Assembly (NCBI GenBank): GCA_965219445.1
Contig: CBDCNQ010000004.1
Span: 1,024,001 to 1,088,000, forward strand
Length of the DNA stretch: 64,000 bases
Direction: 5' to 3'
DNA from: Longimicrobiales bacterium
GTDB lineage: Bacteria > Gemmatimonadota > Gemmatimonadetes > Longimicrobiales > Gaopeijiaceae
Shown: one piece after another, positions 30,584 through 41,282 of the stretch
Numbering within the stretch: the first letter of the stretch is position 1
Layout: each line of letters opens with the position of its first letter
Made by a program: the position numbers and the translations under genes
The notes under the pieces: model-generated
Seen by the model: only the letters and a program-made list of their open reading frames with translations
Databases searched by the model: none
What the model was told of the DNA's origin: nothing

Positions 30584-31218
30584 GGATCTCCGCGGAGCTC
30601 CGGGACCACGAGGCGGCCGGCTCACTGGCCGAGGAGCTGCCCTACTGGGGCTGGCTCGAGGACGGCCGCACGTGCCTGACCCGCTCGGGCGAGCTGATCG
30701 CGGCCGGACGGCTAGCGCCTGCGGTGGTCGACGGGCGTTCGCCCGAGCAGATCGACCGCGTGCTGGGCCGCTGGCAGCGGTTGCTCTCGGGTTTGGACGC
30801 TGACACGCGCCTCTACTTCTATATGCTCCGCCGCCCGGCCTCGCCCGAGGCTGCTGACGACGAGGGTTCCGGCATCGTAGCGGTGTCGCAGCGTAAGCGC
30901 GGCGCGTTTCTCTCGCGCCGCGTGCAGCGGCTCGGGGCCTACCTGGTCTGGTCGCACGATCCCCGGCTCCGGGCGGTCGCCGACGGGCCAACATCGGGAA
31001 GAGCCTCCCGTCTCAGGCAGTGGTGGCAGCGCCACCGGGCGAGCGCGCCCACCTACCTCGGTTCCGAGATCGAGGCCGCCGCCGCCCGCTTTCGCGCGAC
31101 GGTGGACGCGGGCCGTGCACTCGTGGAGGAGCACACGCCGATCGAGATGCTCGAGCCCGCCGAAGCCTCGCGGCTTCTCTCCGAGCTGATCAACCGTCTG
31201 TCGAGAGTCGAACCCTGA
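30580..31218 (+). pseudogene. VirB4/TrbE-like ATPase, N-terminal fragment only
   Basis: LPYWGWLED...LTRSGELIA; follows VirB3 and lacks the ATPase domain. Confidence 0.7.
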
Positions 31219-32930
31219 AGGAGTCGACGTCGGGGAACGGTCGGACGTAGACTTCCGCCCGACCCGTCTCGTTAGAGGTGTACGCAAGCCAGCGCCCGTC
31301 CGACGACAGAGCCGGGTCTTGCTCCGCAAACTCGGCGGTCGCAACGAGCGGTATCGTGACGCTATCCACGCCCGGCCGGAAGCCCACGATGTCGCGTTCG
31401 CCTATTACCGATGCGTTCGCAAGTGTGCGGAATACCATCCATTCGCCGTCTTCCCTCCACTGGCCCTGGTAGAGGCTGCGTTGATCGTCGAGCAACAGCT
31501 CCGGCGCTCCTGTCCCGTCAGCACGCCTCTGCCATACATCGTAGTTTCCTCCCGACTCACTCTTGACGTAGGTCACGAACTGACCATCGGGGGCCCAAAC
31601 GGGGTACCTCTCAGCCCTGTCATCGAACGTCAGCCGCTCGAGCGGACCGTCGGGCAGCTGTTTGATCCAGATGTCTACGTTTCCGTCAACCTGCCTCGGG
31701 AAAGCCACCTGCGCTCCGTCCGGTGAGAGGCCCCATCCGTAGTTCGCACTGGGGGTTTCGAACCGCCAGCCCGGTTCGACAGGGGCCGCATCTCCCGAGC
31801 GCGTCACCCAGACTAACTCTGTGGTCGTCCCCGTCACGCCCCCGGCCGAATAGATCAGCGTCCCGCTCTCTGACACCGCATAAGTCACCAGGCCACTTGT
31901 GGCATTGACCGTGAGATCCCCGGCCACCGGCACCGGGGGGCCGGTAAGCTCTGCCGTGCCGGGGTCGATGGGGGCGGCCATGAGGGCACCGTCCGGTGTT
32001 CCGAAAAGCAGGTGCCCCGTCGAAGCGTAGCGTGGGTTGTTTCCTAAAGTGAGGAGTCTTCTCTCGTGAGTGTCGAGGTCGATAGCCCAGATCTCGGCAT
32101 CCTCACCGGTCACGGAATACCACACCTGGAACACCCCCATCCTCCCGCCGGGAAGGACCCTGAGATTGCCGTGTATCGTTTCGGGTCCTAGAAGCTCGGT
32201 AACGATCTCGACCGCCTCGCTACCTCCGCCCGTGGCTGGAATTCGGCCGAGCCCTCGCCCGCCGTTGAAATACAAAGTCCCGTCGGTAGCCCAATCTGTG
32301 ACCATGTAGACTTGATTGAGCAGCGTCCGGCTCGCGCCACCTTCTGGCGCCACCACTCGTAATGGAGCGGGAAATCCAGCAACGAAAGCTACTTCTCCCC
32401 CGTCAGGCGACCGAGCGAACGTTACCGCACCTTCGGTTCCACGAATGGGTGCTGCATCGAGGTCGGCCCACCGCCGAGTCCACAACTGTGAGCCCTGGCC
32501 TGACTCGCCCGGTCCCACGTACACCAACACGGAGCCGTCCGTCGTGAACTCCATCATGGTCCCTGTCGGACCCTGCCGCTCCTCGAAGAGCAACGCGAAT
32601 CGGGTGACCGGCGTGGGAGGCTGGGGGCGGAAGAACGACCAGGCCGCGAAGACACTGGCCAGAACAGCGACTCCGGTGAGCGTCAAGAAACGGGGGGGGC
32701 GGGTGGTCCGACGGGTCTCGAGGGTTTTCAGCGGCGGGAAGTGCGGCAGCGGCGCGTCGAGGAGCTGAAACAGCCGATGGGGCTCACTCAGGTCCTTGAG
32801 GCGATGCTCCCCGAGATCGAGGACCCCGAAGCCGGTGTCGTCTTCCTCGATGAGGCCATGCGTCGTGTGCGAAAGGAGAACCTGGCCGCCGTGCGCTGCC
32901 GCGCAGATGCGTGCCCCGCGGTGGACACCT
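31190..32930 (-). pseudogene. Chimeric relic: adenylate/guanylate cyclase C-terminal fragment, TM segment and TolB-like (PD40) propeller, truncated
   Basis: VHRGARICAAAHGGQVLLS...LGEHRLKDL, then SPDG/WAPDG repeats; ends mid-propeller at the VirB4 junction. Confidence 0.65.
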
Positions 32931-32988
32931 CGAGCTACAGCATATAGTGCACGACTGCTGAGCTGATACCGGATATAGGGTGGCTCCC

Positions 32989-33149
32989 TTGACAACTCGA
33001 GAACGCTGCGTAGCTTAGGGCGCGTAGCTATGGAGCTACAGAGCGAAGCGAGCGAAACGGCGTTTTGACAGCCCGGCCGCAACACGTTGGAGGTGGGGAA
33101 CTCGATGTCGGTGAGATCCTCACTGCAAGGCGTGCGGCCGGGTTTTTTT
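32989..33149 (+). promoter_or_regulatory. Putative promoter and terminator-like long hairpin leader upstream of the amine oxidase
   Basis: TTGACA-16-TAGCTT; stem CCCGGCCGCA/TGCGGCCGGG followed by T7. Confidence 0.5.
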
Positions 33150-33243
33150 CCCGACCTCCCTCTGGCTCCTCTACCACCTCCCGCCCTACTTTGTCCTCCG
33201 GCCCCGAGTGCCCTTAAAGCTCCCATCCATATTGGAGGTTCCG

Positions 33244-35190
33244 GTGCGACGCTTAAGCCTCTTGCTGCTCCTTGTCCTGCCCCTTCCCGCCCTCGCTCAG
33301 GAACCCACCCACCCGCTCGACGAGCTCACCGCCACTGAGCACTGGGCACTCTACGAGACCCTCCGCGCACACGACGGCGTCGAGGAGGAGGTCGAGTTTC
33401 TCTATGCCGGGCTGAACGAGCCGCCCAAGGCCGAGATCCTGGCTTGGCGGCCCGGCCGGCCGTTCGGCAGACAGGCGCGGGTACATCTGGTCCAGTCCCA
33501 CACGGGCTACGAGGCCGTGGTGGACGTGGCCAACCGCACCGTCCTCGAGTTTCGCGAGGTCACCGACCGTCAGTACATGCGGGGGCCCATGGACCGGCGC
33601 GCCCTGAGCGAGCTCAAGGAGCACCCGGACATGGTGGCCGCCTTCGAGGCTCGGGGAATCACGGACCTGAGCAAGGTGCGGTGCAGCGTCGGTTCCGACG
33701 CCTACTTCGATACGGAAGAAGAGCGCGGCCGGAGGGTGGGCCGGGCTCGGTGCACGAACCAGGTGGGACGGGTGTCCGGCCTGGGCGTTCCCATCGAAAA
33801 CCTCGTCGCCATCGTGGACCAGCAAAGCGGCGATGTGCTCCGGATCATCGATGATGGCCCCACCGGCGCCGCCGCGCCCTCCATCGGAGAGCACCACCCC
33901 GAGGCACTGGGGCCGGCCCGCAAGCCGCTACCCCCCATGATCATCTCCCAGCCCGAGGGACCCGGCTACGAGCTCGACGGCCATGAGGTGAGCTGGGAGG
34001 GCTGGCGCTTCCACTTCCGGGTGGACCAGCGCCGGGGCCTCGTGCTTTCGCGGGTGGGTCATCAGGAGGGTGACGAGTTCCGGTCGGTGCTCTACCAGGC
34101 ATCCCTTTCCGAGCTGTTCGTCCCCTACCAAGACCCCGCGGAGCCCTGGAATCACCAGGCCTACTATGACCTCGGCTCGTATCCCTCGAGCTTCGGCGGC
34201 GTGGCAAGCGCCATGGAGCCCGGACGGGACTGTCCGGCCCACGCTACCTTCTTCGACACATGGGTCGTGCAGCCCGATGGGGCGCCGAGGGAACGACAGC
34301 GCGTGGCCTGCCTGTACGAACGGCCCGGAGCCGAGCCGGCATGGCGCCACACCCGCGACGGTGGCGTGGTGGAGAGCCGCGCCCGCCGTGACTTGGTCCT
34401 TCGCATGATCATGGGAGCGGGGAACTACGACTACCTCTTCGACTGGGTCTTCATGCAGTCTGGTGTAATCCGTGTGAACCTGGCTGCCACGGGAATCGAC
34501 CAGATGAAGTCCGTGAGAGCCAAGAACGCCACAGAGGATACGGGCAATTCCGACGGTCGCTACGGGCGGTTCGTGGCTCCCCACCTGGTGGCCGTGAACC
34601 ATAGCCACGTCTTCAACTTCAGGTTCGACTTCGACATCGATGGGCGGGACAACAGCCTGGTCGTGGACCGTCTCGTCACCGAGCGCCAAGGCAACGACAA
34701 CCCCCGGCGCAGCGTCTGGCGGGTCGAAAGCGAGGTTGCCAAGCGCGAAATAGACGCCAAGCGCACGGCCTTGCTGACGGCTCCGGAACGCTGGCGGGTG
34801 GTGAACTCATCTCGGATCGGTCCCACCGGCTACCCCAGCGGCTACATGGTCGAGGGACACGGGATCATGAGCCTCCTGAGCCAGGACGATTACCTGCAGC
34901 AGCGCGCCGGGTTCACCGAACACACGCTCTGGGCCACCCAAATGAACCCACGGGAGCTCTTCGCGGCCGGTGACTACCCCACCAATGGTGCCGCTGGTCA
35001 GGGACTTCCTAAGTGGACCGAGGCCAATCGGGACATCGAGAACACCGACATCGTGCTCTGGTACACGACCGGCTTCCATCACGTGGCCCGTCCGGAGGAT
35101 TGGCCGATCCTTCCGCTGGAGCTTCACGGCTTCAATCTCATCCCAGCAGGGTTCTTCGACCGAAATCCGGCCATCGATCTGCCGCGGTGA
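33244..35190 (+). CDS. tynA: Copper-containing (TPQ) primary amine oxidase, secreted
   Basis: GGAGG RBS plus GTG start and signal peptide; HPLD.L, ELFVPY, GNYDY (TPQ), NHSH, and FHH..RPEDWP copper ligands. Confidence 0.9.
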   Translation: MRRLSLLLLLVLPLPALAQEPTHPLDELTATEHWALYETLRAHDGVEEEVEFLYAGLNEPPKAEILAWRPGRPFGRQARVHLVQSHTGYEAVVDVANRTVLEFREVTDRQYMRGPMDRRALSELKEHPDMVAAFEARGITDLSKVRCSVGSDAYFDTEEERGRRVGRARCTNQVGRVSGLGVPIENLVAIVDQQSGDVLRIIDDGPTGAAAPSIGEHHPEALGPARKPLPPMIISQPEGPGYELDGHEVSWEGWRFHFRVDQRRGLVLSRVGHQEGDEFRSVLYQASLSELFVPYQDPAEPWNHQAYYDLGSYPSSFGGVASAMEPGRDCPAHATFFDTWVVQPDGAPRERQRVACLYERPGAEPAWRHTRDGGVVESRARRDLVLRMIMGAGNYDYLFDWVFMQSGVIRVNLAATGIDQMKSVRAKNATEDTGNSDGRYGRFVAPHLVAVNHSHVFNFRFDFDIDGRDNSLVVDRLVTERQGNDNPRRSVWRVESEVAKREIDAKRTALLTAPERWRVVNSSRIGPTGYPSGYMVEGHGIMSLLSQDDYLQQRAGFTEHTLWATQMNPRELFAAGDYPTNGAAGQGLPKWTEANRDIENTDIVLWYTTGFHHVARPEDWPILPLELHGFNLIPAGFFDRNPAIDLPR

Positions 35191-35303
35191 TCTCGAGCGG
35201 GCCCAGGGCGCCTCTACAGCCGACCCTTGGCCCTGGTGCGTCTCGCATGAAGGCGCCGCGATGTCCTCGCCGACAGCGCGGGACTCATCGCTGGGGAGCG
35301 GGC

Positions 35304-35522
35304 TCAGGTAATGAGGATGGCGAGAAACCTGGCGCCCGTCTCTGCTGTGGTGGCGAGGACATTAATAGCCCCGTACAGAAGGGTACCGAGTATCAAGAGC
35401 CCGATGAGCGGGTGACGCTGGAGGAATCTCTGAGCGGGTTTCTTCGTTCTGCACCACGGGCAAGCATCTGCTCTGGGACTCACCATGTGACCGCAATCGC
35501 GGCACGGCTTCAAGCTCGCCAT
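35304..35522 (-). CDS. Small zinc-ribbon membrane protein
   Basis: CRDCGHMVSPRADACPWC followed by a hydrophobic helix. Confidence 0.55.
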   Translation of the reverse strand: MASLKPCRDCGHMVSPRADACPWCRTKKPAQRFLQRHPLIGLLILGTLLYGAINVLATTAETGARFLAILIT

Positions 35523-35912
35523 GCGTCTCCCCCCCTCGTCCACGGCATCGGGCTCGACACTGCTTTCTGCATGCCGAATTCGGGTCCAGTCACGGAAAAA
35601 TGTGTTTCTCATTGCAAAGTAGGTGACGGTTCTCATTTCGACAACCGAGCGAGCCCCTCTATCCCACAGACGTAGCTATACTACTCGGTTCTCGAGGATA
35701 CTGTTGATGCGATAACCCACGTTTTCCCGGTCAGTGCCGGCTTTGAGTAACGGAAACATATGCTTCCTTCCTCGCCGGCGGCCGTTCCCCACCTGCCTCA
35801 CAGTCGCACTGACCATCGGCGAGTACTGGCGTCCGCTCGTGCGACATCCCACGTTGAATCGCCGCACGATCTGACGCGGCATGGGCGAGCCACCCACGAA
35901 GAGGAGGCTATC

Positions 35913-36269
35913 ATGTCGACGACGCGATCGTTTCTGCTTTTGGGCCTCCTTGCAGTACTTCCCGTTTGCGCATCCGCGCAGGAGATCGGGCCGGCGCGTG
36001 GCAGCCTTGTGATCAGCGGTGGTGGCGAAACAACGAGCCACATCAGGGAGCGGTTCATCGAGCTGGCCGGCGGCCCCGACGCTCCGATCGTGGTCGTTCC
36101 CACGTCCGGCCGGGATGACGAGAGATACAACGCGTCTTGCCCGTGCCTACAACGCTTTCGGGATGCCGGCGCGCGGAATCTGACGGTGCTGCACACGTGG
36201 GATCGGAACGTAGCCAACACGAACGCGTTCGTGGAGCCGCTACGCCAGGCACGCGGAGTTTGGTTGTAG
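35913..36269 (+). pseudogene. Cyanophycinase (peptidase S51) N-terminal fragment
   Basis: GSLVISGGG, FIELAGG..APIVVVPT and ARGVW; stops before the GTSAG catalytic motif. Confidence 0.75.
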
Positions 36270-36329
36270 GGCCCCATCCTCCGAAGCCGCGGAAACCGCC
36301 GTCCAGTCAAGCCAGAGGAGGCCGAACTG

Positions 36330-37682
36330 ATGTCGCAGAACCTGGAGCTAAATCGCAGAGCGTTCCTCAAGAGTGCGGGAGTGACAGCGGTCCTTGGCGC
36401 CGTCGGTACGAAATCCGCGTCGGCGATCCAGGCGAGCAATCTACCGGCCGCGCCGCCCTATCCCACGTACGACTTCGATGAGGTCTTCGACCGCGTCGGC
36501 ACCGACTGCAGCAAGTGGGACAGCCCCATCGCGACTTTCGGGGAGGATATCGAGGTCGCGATGGGGATCGCGGACATGGACTTCCGAGTGGCCCCGTGCG
36601 TCACCAGGGCCCTTGCTGAGCGCTGCGCGCACGAGAATTGGGGCTATCTGAGGAGGCCTGAGTCGTACGTCCAATCGATCGTGGACTGGAACAAGCGACG
36701 GTACGGTCTGGACATCGACCCCGAAACCGTCGTTTTGAACACCGGCGTCCATGCGGGCCTCATCGCCGGACTGCAGACGTTCTCGCCTCCCGGATCCCGG
36801 GTACTTCTGACCGCTCCAGTCTACAGTGGGTTCTACAGTGATCTCCGCTTCACCAGGACCGTGCCCGAAGATAGTCCCATGAGGCTCGTCGACGGGCGCT
36901 ACTCGATAGACTTCGAAGACTTCGAGCGCCGGGCCAGTCGCACCAACGTGTTTATCCTCTGCAATCCACAGAACCCGACGGGCAACCTGTGGTCTGCGGA
37001 GGACATGACGCAGATGGGAGAAATCTGCCTCGAGCACCGCGTCGTCATGCTCGTCGACGAGATTCATTGCGATTTCGTCAGAAGCGACGAGCAGTACATA
37101 CCGTTCGCGAGTCTGCCCAATAGGGAGATCGTGAACAACAGCATCACGTTCAAGTCGGCGAGCAAGTCGTTCAGTCTATCGGGCATGAAGGCCGCTTGGT
37201 ACTTCTCGACCAACCGAGACTACGTCGAGAGGGTGACGGCGAACACGAGAGCGGACTTGAATACGCTCGGCATGGTCGCGACCCGGGCCGCCCTGACCGA
37301 AGGGGACGAGTGGCTGGACGAGTCGCTCGTGTACCTCGACGGCAACCACGACTTCGCCGAGACCTACATCAGGGACCACATGCCGCTCGTGAAGTACCGG
37401 AAGGCCCAAGGAACGTACCTGGCCTGGCTGGACGTCAGTGAGGTCGTCGAGAGGATCGGCGCCGAGCGGACGGCTACCGAAGAGAATGCGATCTCGGAAA
37501 CAGAAGTGACGCCTGAGAGGATCGTTCAGCGGTGGTTCGCCGAGAACGCGAGGGTCTACCTGAATCCCGGATCGTCCTACGGCACCGGGGGTGCGGGACA
37601 CATGCGCATGAATCTCGCGACCACCCGAGGGCTCGTAGAACGGGCCCTCGAGAATATGGCGAGTGCGCTAGCGGAGGCGTAG
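36330..37682 (+). CDS. MalY/PatB-like PLP-dependent enzyme (class I/II) with Tat signal
   Basis: NRRAFLK; IADMDF, LCNPQNPTG, DEIH and SASKSF motifs. Confidence 0.85.
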   Translation: MSQNLELNRRAFLKSAGVTAVLGAVGTKSASAIQASNLPAAPPYPTYDFDEVFDRVGTDCSKWDSPIATFGEDIEVAMGIADMDFRVAPCVTRALAERCAHENWGYLRRPESYVQSIVDWNKRRYGLDIDPETVVLNTGVHAGLIAGLQTFSPPGSRVLLTAPVYSGFYSDLRFTRTVPEDSPMRLVDGRYSIDFEDFERRASRTNVFILCNPQNPTGNLWSAEDMTQMGEICLEHRVVMLVDEIHCDFVRSDEQYIPFASLPNREIVNNSITFKSASKSFSLSGMKAAWYFSTNRDYVERVTANTRADLNTLGMVATRAALTEGDEWLDESLVYLDGNHDFAETYIRDHMPLVKYRKAQGTYLAWLDVSEVVERIGAERTATEENAISETEVTPERIVQRWFAENARVYLNPGSSYGTGGAGHMRMNLATTRGLVERALENMASALAEA

Positions 37683-37687
37683 GACGC

Positions 37688-37722
37688 TACCGCCCGGCGG
37701 CTGGGTACACCGCCGGGCGGTA
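37688..37722. terminator. Hairpin between convergent genes
   Basis: 13-bp perfect stem TACCGCCCGGCGG/CCGCCGGGCGGTA. Confidence 0.7.
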
Positions 37723-37755
37723 ATGAAGAGCCGTCGAGGTCCTCAGGTCAATACG

Positions 37756-38904
37756 TTACGCCAATACCTTCCGGAACACCTGGACCGCCATCTCCATCTC
37801 CTCCATCGTCCCGAGCGAAATCCGGGAGTACGTGTGCTCCAGGGGCGGAAAGTCCCTGCCTACGCGCACCTTCTGTGCCAGGCACGCGTCGCGGAACTCG
37901 CTCGCCGGACGCCCGAGGTCCAGAAAGATGTGGTTGGTGTGGCTGGCGGGTGTCTCGAACCCCATGTCCCGGAACGCCGCGAGCGTGAACTCGCGAACCC
38001 GGGCGTTCTCCTCGCGTTCCTCATCGATATGTCCCGTATCCGTGAGCGACGCGATCGAGGCGGCGGCGGAAAGCGTGTTCACGCTACCGAGACCCCACGC
38101 CGAACGGATCGCACTGAGGGTCTCGAGTTGGCCGATCGCGTAACCGACCCTCAGACCCGCCATCCCATGTGCCTTCGACATGGACCGGGTGACAAAGACG
38201 CTCGAAAACTCCTGTGTCAACGGAGCCGCGGTCCTGACCGCCGGGTCAGACGCATAGTCGATATACGCCTCGTCGAGCAGGATCTTCGTGTCGGGTGATG
38301 CCCGCATCACCCGTCGGACAAAGTCCTCCACATCAGCCGCCTTGTGCACCGTCCCGGTCGGATTGTTCGGGTTGCAGAAGAACACCATGCCCGCCCCGGG
38401 CGCGGCCGCTACCATCGCATCGATATCCAGTCCCAGCGAGCCGTCGACGGGGATAAACTTGATCGGCGCGCCGATCCGGCTCGCCGTCGCGTCGGGCCTG
38501 CCATAGCTCGGCGCCCCGGTGACCAGCGGCTTGGTCGCCGAACAGAAGGCGCGGGTCGCTCCCTCGAGGAGGGGACCCGAGCCCGTAGACACGATGACAT
38601 TCTCGTCCTCGACGTGGTACTTCTCGGCGATCGTCGTTACCAGCTCGTTCGTGTGGTCGGGCGGATAGCCCCGCCCCGCCCTGAACGAGATCGTTTCGTG
38701 CAGCGCCTGCATCGCATTCGGGCCAGGTCCCCGGGCGTTCTCATTGGAGCTGATCCGGAGGATGCCGTCGTCATAGGGCATCTGCTCCACCTCGGGCTCG
38801 AACTCCTCCGCCTCCAGGCCACGGCCGATGATGAGCGAGCTGGAAAGGACTCCGGCCGTACCCATGCCGACCGTTTGAGCGAACCCGCGACGTGTCAACG
38901 ACAT
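37756..38904 (-). CDS. HisC-like PLP aminotransferase with Tat signal
   Basis: TRRGFAQ; ISSNEN, CNPNNPTGT, DEAY and RSMSKAHGMAGLRVGY. Confidence 0.88.
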   Translation of the reverse strand: MSLTRRGFAQTVGMGTAGVLSSSLIIGRGLEAEEFEPEVEQMPYDDGILRISSNENARGPGPNAMQALHETISFRAGRGYPPDHTNELVTTIAEKYHVEDENVIVSTGSGPLLEGATRAFCSATKPLVTGAPSYGRPDATASRIGAPIKFIPVDGSLGLDIDAMVAAAPGAGMVFFCNPNNPTGTVHKAADVEDFVRRVMRASPDTKILLDEAYIDYASDPAVRTAAPLTQEFSSVFVTRSMSKAHGMAGLRVGYAIGQLETLSAIRSAWGLGSVNTLSAAASIASLTDTGHIDEEREENARVREFTLAAFRDMGFETPASHTNHIFLDLGRPASEFRDACLAQKVRVGRDFPPLEHTYSRISLGTMEEMEMAVQVFRKVLA

Positions 38905-39035
38905 GACATCCTCCCTGCACCGGCTAAGCCGGCACGCTGAAAGAACGGACTGACTCGCGCCGCATCATAACGCCATTGAGGCGCGAAATCCAAGTACGGT
39001 TGGTACGGAGATGAGCTCCGACCGGCTCTACCCAA

Positions 39036-41198
39036 TCACGGCAACGCGTACGCCACAAGCGAGCCCGGAAAGTCCGTTCGGAAGCTACCGATCTGCACGA
39101 CGACGTACTGCTTGCCTTCGTGCATGTAGGTCATCATCCCGTACTGGCCGGGGGCCGGAAGATCGACGCTCCCCAGGATCTCGCCGGTCCGCTTGTCGCG
39201 GGCATGGAGCTCCAGCGGAGCGTCGGGGTCATACTGCGCTTCGCCTTGACTGAGCGCCCTGGTCTGGACCAGGAGATCGCCCGCGACCATCTGGATCGAC
39301 CAGCCGACTCCCCCCGAATTGGGAACGTCCACGCCCGCCAGAAGCGGGTGGTTCCTGATCCGCTCGGGAGTCTCGCCGACCGGCAACGACCAGATGCGCC
39401 TGCCCATGTTCATCTGGAAAGCCGTGAGCTGGTTGTCCATGGGCTTGTAGAGCCGCAGGCCCTCGATCGTCGGCAGCCCCCCGCCGCTGCCGGGTAACCA
39501 CGCTGATACTGTGGTGCCCGTGGTGGGAGTACTGTTGGGGGTAGCGCCGCCATCACCAGGTACGGCATAGGCCGTGACCTCCCTGTCCTCCCCGCCCGTG
39601 GGCTCCATGAACCCGGGGGCGTTGCAGCCCCGTCTGTGCGACGCGTACATCATTCCCGTGGTGGGATCCGCGACCGGAGGGTGGGGAATGACGTTCCCCC
39701 CCGCTGTGCAGCCGACGTTGTTGACGAAGTCGTTGTCGTGGTCGAAGGGAAGAGGCGGCACGTAGAGACCCCCGATCTGGTACTGACTCAGCATGATCTG
39801 CGCCTGCGCCTTCAGATCCGGCGTGTAGTCGATGACGAACTCTTCGGTCAGCCCGCTCAATATGATCGGGTCGACAGGTTCCGGCAGCGTCGGGTAGGGC
39901 TGCGTGGCCGCCGTATAGTTTCCGGGGACTTGGGTCTGAATGACCGGACGCTCCTCGATGGGCCAGATGGGCTCGCCGGTCTCCCGGTTGAACGCGAATA
40001 CGAGGCCCTGCTTCGTGTTCTGGATGACCGCGGGGATCTCCTCTCCGTCCACCGTCAGATCCATCAGAATGGGCGCCGCCGGAAGGTCGTAGTTCCACTG
40101 GTCGCTGTGGTGGATCTGGAAGTGCCACCTCCGCTCGCCCGTCTGGACGTCCAACGCGAGGAGGCTGCCGCCGAAGAGGTTGTGCCCCGGCCGATGGCCC
40201 GCATAAGTCTGGACCGTCGAGGCGTTCGTCACGAAGTACACGAGCCCCAGCTCCGGGTCGGCGGACGCGGGAGCCCATGACGACAGGTCGCCCGACCACT
40301 GCCAGGCGTCGTTCTCCCACGTCTCGTGGCCGAACTCCCCGGGCCGGGGAATGATGTGGAACTTCCAGAGGAACTCTCCGGTTCTGGCGTCGAACCCCAT
40401 GATGTCGCCCGGGATGTTTTCGACCCGGGTCTGGCCGTAGCTGGGCTGGTGGCCCACGAGGACCACGACCACCCCGTTCACCACGATCGGCGGCGCCGAG
40501 GCGGTGACCATGCCGAGCTCCCTCGGGACCCCGTAATCGGGGTCGTATGGTCCTTCGTCCCAGCGCTCCCACGGGCCCCAGCCCTCCAGGAGCTGCTGGA
40601 CCAGGTCGACGACCCCGGTCTGTGAGAAATCATCGAGCGGTACGGGTGCCCCCCAGTCCTCCAGGGGCCGGCCCGTCTTGGCGTCGAGCGCCCAAAGGAA
40701 AAAGCCGGGGGTCGTGATATAGATCACTCCGCGGCCGTCCACCTCACCGTACGCGACCCCCTTCCCATAAGACCGCCTCGGAGAACGCAAGAATCTGGTG
40801 GTCTCTGGCTCCCGAAAGACCCAGAGCGTCTCGCCCGTGGCGGGATCGATCGCCACCACCTGCCGGCGCGGAGTGGCCACCGTGTAGAGCATCCCGTCGA
40901 CGTAGATCGGGGTGGAGCGGGCAAAGTAGTCGATGTTGGGGCCGAAGTTGTCGCCCCGCCAGATCCACTGCACCTCGAGGTCCTCAAAGTTGTTGGCGTT
41001 GATTTGGCTCAGGGGCGAGGAGCGGGTGTGCCCGGCATCGCCACCCAGATAGCGCCATTCACCGTTCTCGGTCCCTGTCAAGCGCTGGGCGAAGGCGCTC
41101 GCCGCCGCTGTCATCAAGACTGCGAACCCGAGGCCGAGGCAAGACACCAGAGTCCGCGTTCGGAAGGGTCGAAGCTCAACTTTCATCATGTTCGTCAT
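39036..41198 (-). CDS. PQQ-dependent dehydrogenase (quinoprotein glucose dehydrogenase-like)
   Basis: EWRYLGGDAGHTRSSPL.QIN, repeated W-docking motifs, HHSDQWNYD and MTYMHEGKQYVV. Confidence 0.88.
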   Translation of the reverse strand: MTNMMKVELRPFRTRTLVSCLGLGFAVLMTAAASAFAQRLTGTENGEWRYLGGDAGHTRSSPLSQINANNFEDLEVQWIWRGDNFGPNIDYFARSTPIYVDGMLYTVATPRRQVVAIDPATGETLWVFREPETTRFLRSPRRSYGKGVAYGEVDGRGVIYITTPGFFLWALDAKTGRPLEDWGAPVPLDDFSQTGVVDLVQQLLEGWGPWERWDEGPYDPDYGVPRELGMVTASAPPIVVNGVVVVLVGHQPSYGQTRVENIPGDIMGFDARTGEFLWKFHIIPRPGEFGHETWENDAWQWSGDLSSWAPASADPELGLVYFVTNASTVQTYAGHRPGHNLFGGSLLALDVQTGERRWHFQIHHSDQWNYDLPAAPILMDLTVDGEEIPAVIQNTKQGLVFAFNRETGEPIWPIEERPVIQTQVPGNYTAATQPYPTLPEPVDPIILSGLTEEFVIDYTPDLKAQAQIMLSQYQIGGLYVPPLPFDHDNDFVNNVGCTAGGNVIPHPPVADPTTGMMYASHRRGCNAPGFMEPTGGEDREVTAYAVPGDGGATPNSTPTTGTTVSAWLPGSGGGLPTIEGLRLYKPMDNQLTAFQMNMGRRIWSLPVGETPERIRNHPLLAGVDVPNSGGVGWSIQMVAGDLLVQTRALSQGEAQYDPDAPLELHARDKRTGEILGSVDLPAPGQYGMMTYMHEGKQYVVVQIGSFRTDFPGSLVAYALP

Positions 41199-41282
41199 CC
41201 CTCATTCCTCCCTGATTCCTCGCCTCAATGGAGCAGAGTCGTAACCCTTATGGAGTTGCGACCGATGGAACCGTCCTCTCAA

